This document shows, piece after piece, positions 1 to 11,841 of a stretch of DNA of 64,000 nucleotides (positions within the stretch are counted from its first letter, which is position 1; every line of letters begins with the position of its first letter). Made by a program: the position numbers and the translations under genes. The notes beneath the pieces were generated by a model that worked only from the letters and a program-made list of their open reading frames with translations, was not told the DNA's origin and made no database searches. The stretch is from Atractiella rhizophila. Taxonomy: Eukaryota. The DNA is taken from positions 1 through 64,000 of the forward strand of contig MU271354.1 in assembly GCA_021432655.1 (NCBI GenBank). Direction: 5' to 3'.

Positions 1-468
1 TTGCCTTCCGCTTCGGCATTCTCGTCCATGCCTACTGGCACTTCTACTTCTTCTGCTTTCTCTTCCATGCCCACCGGTACCTCTGCCGCCTCTGCTTTCT
101 CTTCCATGCCCACTGGGACCTCTACCACCTCTGCTTTCTCCTCCGGGACAACCAATACATCGACCTTTTCTTCCTCAAATCCGATAGGCACCACGCCCGC
201 ACCTCTGCAACCCACCAAGACAGGGTTTGGAGGAAGCACCGTCAAGCCCTTCCAACCTTCTTCTAGCTTCGGAGCTTCCTTGTTCTCCTCGACTCCTACC
301 TCAACTCCCTCTGGAACCACCCCATTCTCTTCCTCTTTCTCCTCGGCTGGAACTGCGTCAGGAGCGTTCGCTTCGACTAATGGAGCTAGCGCTAATGGAT
401 CTTCACCTTTCCCTACTTCCTTTAATTCCGCTATCCCGCAGCCACAGGCTCAGGGCTCCTTGATTTAA
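1..468 (+). CDS. 3' end of a Ser/Thr/Phe-rich low-complexity protein, possibly FG-nucleoporin-like (5' truncated by window edge)
   Basis: Open frame from base 1 to TAA at 466-468. Spaced Phe motifs (SAFSS, GFGG, SFGAS, PFSS). No start codon visible. Confidence 0.5.
   Translation: MPSASAFSSMPTGTSTSSAFSSMPTGTSAASAFSSMPTGTSTTSAFSSGTTNTSTFSSSNPIGTTPAPLQPTKTGFGGSTVKPFQPSSSFGASLFSSTPTSTPSGTTPFSSSFSSAGTASGAFASTNGASANGSSPFPTSFNSAIPQPQAQGSLI
13..141 (+). repeat. Coding tandem repeat, 39-nt unit (SAFSSMPTGTSxx) x3 plus partial
   Basis: Three near-identical copies of tctgctttctcttccatgcccac.gg.acctct read directly. Confidence 0.85.
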
Positions 469-742
469 ATTGACTATTGACTCTTCTGGATTGGATGTGC
501 TACAATGTATATTTGAGTAATTGATATACCTCTGAACAACTGCCACAGCCCTGGAGTTCATTGAACGCCACGTGGGCATGTTTATATAAATTCTTTCACT
601 CTTATCATCACGATTATTCCGTTTAACCACCCACTTTTGCTCCAGTGCCACGTGACATATCTGCGGCCGGAAAAGTCACTGAGGAAAGCTGAGAATCAGT
701 CGTCGTCCAACATCTCTGATCGAAACAGTTTACATCTCTTTT

Positions 743-2592
743 ATGTCCAATCTCAAACCCTCTCTAGCAGGTATGTGCCTCCTTAGCCCATCAGCGACAT
801 CTGACAACAGTTTTCAGGTGTAAAGACAAAGGTAGCCATGGCTCTCGCATGCCAGTCCAGTTCTCTAATGGCACGGTTCAGACTCGCAAAAGCGCTCAAA
901 AAGCACAGGCAAAGTTTGAACCTGGTAATGATGTTGTTTTGAAGAGATTTGGGTTGGCATTAATGCCTGAAATGGCGGATTGTAGAGGTCTTCAGAGATC
1001 TATTGGTCCGTCATCTCCAGGCTTTACCAAATCAGCCTGCGACGCAAAACTCGAACGAATCTCGATATGCCTTTTTCGATGTGGTCGCAAAGAAGCTAGA
1101 TGAGCTTGAAGGGGAGACGTTGGACTTTCGTAGATATGAGCAACAGCTGTGGTACGCTCTCTGATCCAACCATCCCCTGATGTAGGAATGGGTGCTGAGG
1201 TTATGTGCGGGCATGTGCTTTAGGGAAATTCTGTTGTGTGGAAAACTCTTGACCCCGTCAGGCTCTTTCGTCGACGATGGAGCGGATGCCTCGCCGTTTT
1301 CCGTGTTCGCGAGCATGCAAGAACCTGTCGAGTTCAAGGATGCGTTGAAGGTCGTGGAGGTGTTCCATAAACTCATACGAAGGTACGCCGATTGTTCTTT
1401 CCATAATCTACGTTTAAGGGATGACGTAGATACAAATACCTCCAGAAGGGGTTTGAGGAGAACTCTCTTAAATCTATCTTGCAGCATGCGAACAAGTTCT
1501 CTGAGGTAGAGGTTGAGAAATTGGCGACTGCGGCAGCACTCTTCGTCTCTCTCGGCATCGCGAACCCAAAGTGCGCTTTCCCCAGAACATCCATATTTGT
1601 CGCTAATAGACTGATTCTGCAAGTGTGGTGTCTTATGTCAAGAAGGACTTTATAGTGAAGGACGGTACCGCGCTACGCTTCATCACTATTTACCTACGAA
1701 CATACTTGAAGCAAGAGACGCCTGAGCACATGGCTTCCTCTCTCAGACGGACGGGGAACCAGAACCTCCTTCAATTTTTCCCTCCAGCTCAACAGACGAG
1801 TAACGATGTTGCCACTCATTTCACCAATGAGAATTTGAAGCCGGTGGTCGACTTCAATCATAGCATTCTTACGAGCTTGGCGAGAGAGGAAATATCTACC
1901 CATTTGACGGAGATGTTTGAACATGAAGAACCGCACGAAGACGTGAGCTATTGCATCTCCTGCTCTAATTCGAGAGTGACGTCCATGGCAACACAGGTTA
2001 TCAACTATATCAAGACGTCGAAGGCAAAAGGGCCATTGACGGATAACGAACTCCTTCCTTTGATTTGGAAAGCGTTAGTCAACAATGTAGACTTACAGGC
2101 CAAGCCGGAACAAGCTAGCGATGCTGTATGTGACAATCTTGTTAACTGGTGATGAGCAACTGATCTCTCCTCCAAGATCGTGAAGCAAGTCAGCGTAAGT
2201 TTTCTCCTTCTCAAAAGCGAGTGCGTTTCTGACCAGCTTTTGAACGCAGACTCACGCTGAAGTGCTTGAGAGCGCTTGCCAGACAGCACGCACCGAGATT
2301 TTACTGATCAACGTGATCCAGCAATGGCATTATGAGAATACGAAGGTGATGACCGCTTTCCCTAAGGTCCTTCGCACTCTCTACTCCAAAGACGTGGTTT
2401 CCATCGAAGCTGTTCTGTATTGGCATTCTAAAGGTAAGCTTTTCGTTGATTTCCAGTCCACGGGCAAGTTTAGCATGCTCTATGGTTATAGGCGCCTCAC
2501 CTCACGGGAAACAATCCTTTTTGGCGTCGACTCAGAAGCTCGTCGACTTTCTTAAGGAGCAGCAAGCAGAGGAGGATAGCGATGAAGAATGA
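743..2592 (+). CDS. BZW: eIF5-mimic protein (5MP / BZW1-2 family, C-terminal W2 domain), multi-exon
   Basis: Spliced N-terminus MSNLKPSLAGVKTKTRKSAQKAQAKFEP resembles the 5MP N-terminus. Also LDFRRYEQQL, KLIRRY, LYSKDVVSIEAVLYWHSKG (W2) and acidic end EEDSDEE*. Exon 2 is 14 nt. Confidence 0.85.
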
Positions 2593-3369
2593 AAGAAGAA
2601 ATAAGGAACCAGTGTCTAAATCACCTGTTCAATGTGCTCTCTCTGAGTGTTCGTCAGCTGTTTCGCAGTATATCAATCACGATGCAATATACAATGTAGC
2701 ACATCTAACGTTCAAATTCAGACGAACCAATCTGTGTCGATGAGCTTTGTGCCTGGTGTCTGTCGTGCATTCAACCTACCAACCTACCAAAGCCAGTTGA
2801 GTAGTAGTAACGTGACAAGACGCAGCCTCGCGTCGCATCCATATCCATCGGTTCCTTGACGCGTCTTGATGAACATCCATCCCTACATCTCTGGCCGAGC
2901 TCTACAGAATGTCAAATAATACAGGAATCTAACAGATATGAGCCATATGAGATGGAGGTGTCCTTTTGGGATGATGACAAAGACAACGAGAAGTTCTGTG
3001 CTGCAAAGAATTTGTGCTCCCAGCAAGTCTGCACGGCAGTTGCTAGTATTCGCGAAATTGTCCATTTGTCTGTCTCTGTTTTCGTACCATAGGACACAAT
3101 GGCAGGTTTTGCTCACTCCCCCATTTCAGCCTACAAGCCACAGTATTGAAAGACGTCCATGTCGAATCGTGCGTGCTGATCCTAGCATTCGACCTCTGAG
3201 AGTTTCTGAAGTAAGGTAGTTGAGAGACAGATCGGGAGAGATCATATGAAAACAGCACACGGTCGAGAGGAAATATATGTGTTGCTATTCTCTGACATAT
3301 ACTACTTTATACAACAGACAGTCAATCAAACTCGAATTCGAAGTCGCACAATGGCAGGAAAGCAGAAAT

Positions 3370-4192
3370 TTAGAGGAAGGGCAGCGAGTGTAGAAGCGAG
3401 GGTGAGATAAGAGCGCTGAAGAGAAAAGTCGAGAGAACGGCAGAAAGAGAGACCATTAAAGTTAGATATACCATATTGTCCCCGACCATAAGCGCAGATC
3501 TGTTCGCCTCACATAGCGGCAGGCAAGACGAAGACATGCTCCGCCGCTTCATGCTCCCATTCTTGGGTATCCTCTGTTTTGATCGACTCGTCCTGAGGAG
3601 TTTGCGGGAGGGACCAGCTATGGTCATCGTCACTCTCGTCGTTGGTGAGGCCAGGAGTAGGCAGAAACTCAAAGTGCTGGATCGAAACGCTTCTGGAAAT
3701 GGGCTCAGGAATCTTGACATCCTTGCCCGACAAGTCGCCAGTCGAGGTATCGGCAGTCGTGTTTCCGTCCTCGGATGCTTCGTCACTAGAGAGGGATGTA
3801 TCCCCTTAACAATCCTTCCTCAGCCCCACTCTGAACGCGAAAAGAGTAAAGACGTACCACTCTGCGCCTGCGTATCAGCACTGTCATTCAATACGTGACC
3901 CCCCTTCGCCAGAAACAATTGAAGGAGCGAGTTGACTTTATTAAGCCAGGCCGCATCAAGTTTCCCTGTACCCTCCAGCGTTAGCACAGAAAGTAGCGGG
4001 AGCGACTGTATGCGCACCGTCGGCTTGGGCAGGATGGCTTTCCACTTCAGAGTCAGAGGACAAAGTTGATCGCATCGCCTGCAATTTAATCCAAGAATGG
4101 GCAAGCAATGGCTGGGATGAGACAAAGTAGCGTACCTGGACGTATGCACCACTTCCAGGCTCAGGAGTCTGCTCCTCCGCGATCTTTGTCAT
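3370..4192 (-). CDS. Hypothetical protein with hydrophobic C-terminal segment
   Basis: ATG at 4192 followed by a GTACGC donor-like site. Downstream ORF ends in a TM-like stretch VYLTLMVSLSAVLSTFLFSALI. No recognisable family. Confidence 0.3.
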
Positions 4193-6291
4193 TTTGGTTA
4201 GAAGTATTAAAGAAGGGGAAGAAAGAAAGACTCACGGAGGCATAAAATTGGGCCGCTGTCATGTTACAGCAGCCTGGAGGATGGTGGTGAGCTGGCATGG
4301 ACGATGGGCAGTGGAAGCATCTGTCTGCGAAGTCGAAGTCCTTGATAGGACCCATTAGAGACAGAGGCACGCTGACGCTCATGATCGGTTGCTTATATTA
4401 GAAAGAAATAGCAAGGAATGGCGGTTTGGGCAGAATTCAGGCAGAAAGCAGTCACCAGTTGGTGGTTTGAAAGAGCAGGGAACGAGTTTCCCTTCCCGCC
4501 CTTATGACTCTGTGGTGGCTTGATCGGAGGACAACAACTCCTCAATTCAATGAAAAGCGGGATCAATACGGCACCGACCACCACGGTTCGACCCTCTTCG
4601 TCGCCATCAATAACTTCAATCATTTTCTTGCAGCTTACAGGCCTTTGACTGCCTCTTAATGATCTGTGAACTGTGGGCTAATGGTGACATGGAAAGCAGA
4701 TCAGAAGATTGAAAAATTAGGTAAGTGCTTCCGTAGTTTGTGCTGCTCCCTCTATCTGTCCTTTCATATGTCATTATATGGCCAAGGAGGGCACATTGTC
4801 CCTTTCACTATATATTGCGAGTTTCAATCACCCAGAGAACTGCATTTGCGAAATAAGGTCACATGATTTGTGCCATGCACACAATAGTAGTACCAAAGAG
4901 CGCGTTGCCTATTCACTATGACGAGTTGAACCTCAAGCTATGTCCAACTCCAGCTCATAAACACTGGGCATTACGTTAGTATTATCTCAGACTCCAGTGT
5001 TTCAAGCTCAAACAAGGCTATCCATCAATGTTGTTTCGATTGGAGAAGGTAGAAACATAGCGTCCCATAAAGCAATGTACAACTAATTTGTAAAGAAAGA
5101 ATGACTGGGATTCGAGAATGACAGCAAAGCTCTGAATGACTTGGCAGAATATTAGCCGAGAATGCTGTTCTACAAATTTTGAACTGCATGTCTCTTTCAA
5201 ACAAGTGATGTTGGTTGGCCTTTAAATATGCTGCATCAAGTAATACTGTTGAGTCGAAGCAGGATCAAGCTTCAGATGACTGAAGACTCGAATGGATACA
5301 GGACCTTGAGCTTGAATGCTTGTTTAACACCTTCGGCATTTGCCTTGAACGAATTGTGGCAGTATGACCGAGTGACAGGGTCAATAAAATAACCATAGTA
5401 CACTCCAGACGACACGAATGCTCAAACGCAGTCGTGACGATGGAATAGAAGGCACAGCTGTCTTCTATAAGGATTAGGAGTAGATTGAAGGATGAAAGTA
5501 GTGCCAAAGTTTTGGCTGAGTTGTGCGGTGGTCAACATTACCTTGAACACACCCAGCTCTGAACAGCTGTGACGTGAGACCAGGTGGTGATTTTGGGCCA
5601 AGTCAAATAAGCCTTTCGAACAAGATGTATCTGTATCTTGAAGATAAGATATATCAACAAGGAACTGATGTTCCTTCTCAGAGTCCAAGTGTATATATGA
5701 GGCAAGATTACAACGATAAAGGCTCAAATAGCGTTGAGCTGTCCTTGTCTGGTCTGTGTCTGGTTATCTCGGACGAGGCCATGCATGCCGAATCACAAAA
5801 GTATCGCTTACTTAGACCTCGAGCTTCCAAAATACATGGTGCTCCAAGGGGAAGAGCGACGGGATTTCATTCCCTGTATTCCGCTCATAATCAGACCTCA
5901 TGACAAGTGTGCAGGACGAAGAAGAAAGATGTTAAAGTAGTAGAGTTGTGTTGGGACTTGAAAAGGTGTGACCGCATGAGTCGGAGTTGATGCGCAGTTG
6001 AGGGACCAAGTGACAGGCTGAAACGGGACTGACGGTTGACTTTGACTTACCGCCTCACTGGCAAATTCAGGCTTCTCCCTTACACATTTATACCATCGCT
6101 CCTAAGAGATTTGTGAAGTATGCTGCCTAACCCAAAAATAAAAATGCAGAAATAAAAACGTGGAAAGAAACTGGTCCAAAACAACGGATAGGTGTGATCG
6201 AAAATGCGATGTTCGGTTCCGCACAAATTTTTTGTGAGCGTCAAGAAACGACGGACTTGCCTTTCTGCTGTCTCCCGCCAATTCCTTAAAC

Positions 6292-7938
6292 ATGTCGGCT
6301 GTTGCTCTATGGTGAGTCTTCGTTGACAATTTCTCTATTACTTGCAAACCATGGTTCTTTCAGGTCTCGCACTCTCAAAGCTGGTGAAAGCACCACTTTC
6401 GAACAGTCCATGCCTATTAGGATCACTTCAGCCTCTTTCGATGAGACGGTTGACGTGTCTAGCGATGCGTCGAAGAACAGGGGCGTGGTGAAAATCACTT
6501 ATCACCAAATTGCTTTCAATGAAGACTCTGATGAGGAGGATGAGGAATCCCCAAAGAAGGAGGAGGATGGAGAGACCACAGCTGTGTTGTGTCATCTGTT
6601 TGCCGGTCGAGTAAGTCCACTTCTTGTCTGAGGGAATGGGAATGAATGCGCCTCGCCTCGACAGGTTGAACACCAGGTGCTTGACTTTTACATTCCTGTG
6701 GAGACAGAAATCACACTGAAAAACACCGGTTCAAAGTGAGTCCCTAATTTCTCTGGTGATCTTGGCTGATTTTTTCCAGCACCATTTCCCTTCTCGGCAA
6801 TGTGATTGAAGAGGAAGACGTTGATCAACCTCCTTACGACTCTGATTTCGACGAAGAGGACGACGAGGATGCATTGATGGCCGATTTGGACGACGAAGAT
6901 GATGGTGGCCGTTTCGAGGAACTGGAGGACGAGATCGAAAAACTGCAGAAGCCAAAAGCCATCGAAGCGAAGAAAAGCAGCAAGCCAGAATCCAAGAAAG
7001 CCGACGCTGCGAAACCGACTTCCGCACCCGCCGCTGCTGCTGCTCCAGCTGCCAAACCCGAATCGAAGAAGCGACCTGCGCCAGAGAGCGATGGAGAAGG
7101 AAGCGGAAAAGCTGAAGGCGGCGCACTGAGCAAAAACCAGAGGAAGAAGCTGGCGAAGAAACTCAAGGCTGAAGGTGGAGAGGCTGCTGCTCCACCGGCA
7201 GGAGCTGCCAAGGCGGCGACGAACGGAGGGGAGAAGAAGGACGGTGGGAAGAAAAATAAAAATAAAGGGGTGCGGCCTTAATCTCCTTCCTTCTTTTCTA
7301 CTTCCGCCTCAAAAGCCCAGTCCGCATAGTTGGCGGATGTCGTGGCAGATATCAAAAGTATTCATACCCAAATGAAATATTATCCAGCCTTGCAAATTGA
7401 TTTTGTCCCATGTCTGCCTCGTGAACCTCTCTCTGACTGCTCTGTGAAGGAATCAGAAAAAACTCTTCCCTCCGGTTTAAAAATCATCGATTCAAAGGAA
7501 GGTGATGGAGAACCAGCTCGTAAAGGTCTGTCTTTGATTGTCGTCAGATCTCCATCTCCCATTAAAAAAGCATGAAAGGCAAAATGATTCACGTCAGATA
7601 CATTGGGAAGCTCGATAACGGAAAAGTCTTTGACAAGAACACTGCTGGAGAGCCTTTTAAGTTCCGTTTAGGAGCAGGAGAGGTTATCAAGGGTTGGGAT
7701 ACCGGGTTTGAGGGAATGAAAGTTGGTGGGGAGAGGAAACTAGTGATTCCTCCTCAGCTTGCGTAAGCTCTGCCAATATCGACTATTCCTCTGTTGACTT
7801 GTCTCTTAAGATACGGCAAGAGGAAAACGGGGGATATCCCTGCAAACTCAACATTAACTTTTGGTCTGCTTTCTCTCCCTTTCCTTGAAACGACACTGAG
7901 TGTCCATATTAGATGTGAAACTCCTCAAAATCCGCTAA
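6292..7938 (+). CDS. FPR4: Nucleolar FKBP-type peptidyl-prolyl isomerase / histone chaperone (nucleoplasmin-like domain + acidic/basic linker + FKBP)
   Basis: N-terminal IRITSASFD...TAVLCHL, long acidic tract, K-rich NLS. FKBP motifs [53 protein letters not shown]3 vs FPR4 cannot be distinguished. Confidence 0.92.
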
Positions 7939-9210
7939 TATGCCGATCACGACATTTGTCTGCATCTTCTGCCCAGCCCGAAGAGCCAATTCATTCGAAA
8001 CACGACACATTATCTTTTTCTAGTCAACACTGATTAAATCTCATAACCAAGGGTCTGTTGCCAAATGTTGCGCTGTACGTATGATATTGGCATGACCTAA
8101 AGATTACAAGGGCATTCGATAAATCGGATCCGTCACCGTCATGAACATCTAATCCTGAACCCAACCTGAACCATCAAAGCTAACACTCAGAATCTTTGAA
8201 AGCACACATCCATCTTGATCAATCCAACACTCCAGTTTGACCGTATTCGTTTCATGTTCAAATGCGAAACTTTGAATCTGACAGCAAAAAAGGAAGAAAG
8301 GAGACAGTAGGTAGAAAGAATTAAGGAGATTGCTACGAGGAGAGTTGCCTGAGTAGTAGGCGGGTATAAAACGGAGCCAAGAAAATCTATATGAACACCA
8401 TACTAAACGAGAAGCTGAATTTTTTGGAAGTTTAGAGATCTAGCCGATTTTATTGAACAGAAGACGACGATGTGCTGCAAGGTTTCACTAAAGAGAGAGA
8501 CTACGAAAGGTTCCAATGGAACAGGAAGCATGGAACATCGGCTTGATTGATGTGAATACTGGAGAATTTACAAACAAAAAGGCTTTCAAATCACAACCAC
8601 AACACAGTAACGGTAAGTTTGTAGAAGGAAAACCAAAGACGCTGCGAGGGACCACTAAGATTGGTCTGGATACATTAATCTGGGCGGGATAGACTGGTTG
8701 AGCAGATTAGGTTCTGGTAGAAGTGCGTCGTTCCGAAGTGAGCGATAAAGCTAATCGGATCGTAAGTAGATGGTGGAGATATGTGGGCGTGAACTGAAAG
8801 AGGAATGCTGCGACGCGAAGTAGAACTAGGCAAGGCAGCATGAGGATGGAACTATGACAAGCACATCTTTAGGTATGGGATCGAAACACAGAACTATATA
8901 GGCAAGTAGTTGGCGATTCAGATGTTGAACCCAAACAGATCGTGGAGACGGAGAGGCGTGTGTCGTGAGAGGATGTGATGAGGAGGAGACAGTAAGTAGG
9001 CGTTGTCGACTGCAGTAAGGATGGTGAGGAATATAACGGTCGTATTCGTAATCATGCTTTGTATTTGGTCTCTGGTTCGTGAAAAACGAAGAACGAACGG
9101 CCTGCAGGACAAAATGGGGATGGAGAATGGACTGAAGATAGGCGATTTGAGGTTGCATCACTGATCGATCGATTAAAGCAAAAAGCAAAGACACCATTAG
9201 CCTTCTAAGG

Positions 9211-11112
9211 TCAAGAATAAGGAGGCATCGGATTCGTCTGCGTTGGCCCATTCCGTCCAGCATGTCCTTGAGGCATTACGGCCCCTGCGTTAGTCAAATG
9301 AGGATGGGGATACGCCTGCACTGCAACTCCAACACCAAGAGGATACTGATGCTGAGTCTGTTGAAACGCCTCGAACTCTCCCGTCGGTCTCTCCTCCAAC
9401 GAGTTTCTCCTCATCGCCATCTCCAAACCGGCGCCGTCAGGGATCGAATTCATCGCCTGCCCGGGGGACGCGAACATCTGCCCACCACCCTGGGCTGTGT
9501 GTGGGTGGGTGGGAAGGACGGGGAGGGATTGTCGGCGTATGAACTCTTGCCCAGGATGCGGATGTTGGGGATGCGATGCGAGAGTGGTGTACTCTTGGGG
9601 TTGAGCGGAGGTCTGCACTGCAGCGTTGATGCCATTTTCATTGGGCATCAGAGGTGTGAAGCTGGGATAAGCCTGTGGCGTGAGGTATCGTAGAGTTTGT
9701 TGGGGATTTGGAGGCGGTTGAGGGTGCTGCTGGAAGGCATAGTTCGTTGACACGGGAGAGGCATGAGAATTGGCGTAGTTCGAAGGACCCGACATGCCAC
9801 TTGGGGAGAATTGCGCGTTGGAAGGAACCAGGGCAGGAGGTGGTGGCTTGGAATATGTCTGTTGCTGGATATCAATATTGGTCCTTAATGAGTAATAAAA
9901 CGAGTTCAAACCTCAACAGAAGTCGCACTCAAGCTTGCTACAAAGTAAGCGCGCTTCATGCTCTCCGGATCCTTCAAAGTAGCGCCGAAGAACCCTCCCA
10001 ACCACATTGTGACCTTGAAGGTATCTGTTAAGGCGTTCTTGACTCGGAATCTTATTGTTTCGGCTGGCGCTAGGGTGTCTGGAACCATGCAAGCCAGCTG
10101 AGTCAAGTCGTACGAGAACATGTCCTCCAAAGAGCAAGGGACCGGACCGCCAAATTCGATGTTCTCATGCAGATTTCGAAGGAAGGTGTAGAGATGAGAG
10201 AGTTTCTGCACGTCCGGTTCCTGAACAAAGTCACCGAGCAATTTCTCATGCATTTGTTGTGGCGCCTGCATGAACATCCTCATTATCGTCAGCCATCGAT
10301 TCATTCATGATGAAGATGGAAGGACTAAGAAATAAGCGCACATATCCGAGAGCTGCCGCGCCTTCTGGGGAAATTCTTGCAATCCTCTGACTGAGTGAAA
10401 TGATGACTGTATGTGGGCCATTCGGAATATTAGAGCGATGGGCTTGTGTTCTAGCGTTAGCGGCAGAGGATGAGGCGGAGTTGTTGTTGTTCGGGTTGGT
10501 AGCCGTTTTGGACTTTTGCTTGGAAGAGCCGCCGGAATCGTGGAGCTTTGGTCTCCCTCTCTTTCGATGCTGTTGCGTAGCGATCCCAGTCAGTCATAGC
10601 CAGACCGAGAGTGAATTGGGAGAGGATAGGCGGAAAAGGAAGGGAAAGAAAGAATGCTCGCCTGTGCATCGACGCATGTTTCCGGTTTACCGGTCATTAC
10701 ACATCTCCTACACGGCCTACCCACTGCAATCAAGTGCACCGTCAGTAATCACGCTTTGCGCGTGGTTGGTAGGCTGGAGAGGGGGAAGTAGGGACAAACC
10801 ATCGCAGGCAAGATGTGACTTCCGACAATTCAGGCAAGCAGAAGCTACTGCGGCTCTGGATCTTGGAACACTCGCGTGCTCGTACCAGTCAGCGAGACCG
10901 CTGTCCCTGTTTCTGAGCTCGTTGGGGGTGAGTCCCAGAGATGCGATTCTCTCCAGAGTGGGTCTTGTCGGGAGAGGGTTGAGATTCGGATCGAGGGAAG
11001 GCTGGGAGCTGGAATCTTGGGTGGGTTCGTTGGTCAGCAGTGTTCCGACGCCAGCGATGGATCTGAGGGGAGGTAAAGTGGTGAGCCTCTGCTGATCTGG
11101 CGCGTTATCCAT
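9211..11112 (-). CDS. Zn(II)2Cys6 transcription factor with PAS-like central domain and Q/P-rich C-terminus
   Basis: Spliced ACLNCRKSHLACD-x-RPCRRCVMTGKPETCVDAQ-HRKRGRPK. PAS-like TVIISLSQRIARISPEGAAALGY...LLGDFVQEPD. Confidence 0.85.
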
Positions 11113-11841
11113 GATCGTGAGGATATTTTTTGGAGAGGTCGAGAAGAGTTGGTGGTCGAGTTCTGTGAAAGGGATTTAAGTTCTGAGGCATTCAAGTTCG
11201 GAGATCTTCACGTGCCAATTCGATCCTCGTTATATCCCAGTGCTGGCTTCACAGCGTCACTAAGTCGCCCCGTAGAGCCGTCGCTGCGAAGTTAAAGCTC
11301 AGAGGCTTAGGCTTTGGACGGTGGAGAAGGAGAAGCCGATGTCGGTTTGGCTAAGTTGACGGCAGGTGCTCAAATCTCAAATTCACCATCCATGCTGATC
11401 ATTTCTCCTTCAATACTTTACCATTCAGCCTCCCCGAAAGCCTATCTCAGGACCCAGCATCTCGAGATCAAATCATTGATCGATGGCTCAAGGCAGCAAG
11501 GCTGCCATGATTACGAATGCAGGAAAACCAACCAACCCAGTGTATTATTCATGACTACATGCAAGCAAAGCCAACGGCGAAATGCCTAAGAACGACGATA
11601 AGTATAGCTGAAAAGGCCGAAAGAAGAGTTAGGGAACCAGCACCAACACTGTGGTGACAACCAGATAGAATACAGCCCCGTCATCTTGAAAGGATGAATG
11701 CAAATGGGTGAGAGTTTCAAGGAGTGTGTCCGTAGTCAAAAGAATGGAAGTGTCCCTTTACACACCAAAGGAAAGAGACGAAACAAACAATCTATTATTC
11801 CCTATGCAAGAAGCGTCATCGAAGTGAAAGAGAGGAAAGGA

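Noticed and set aside
4900..5950. Scattered short ORFs, possibly a degenerate gene or transposon remnant
   Set aside because: No recognisable motifs, terminal repeats or consistent exon chain.
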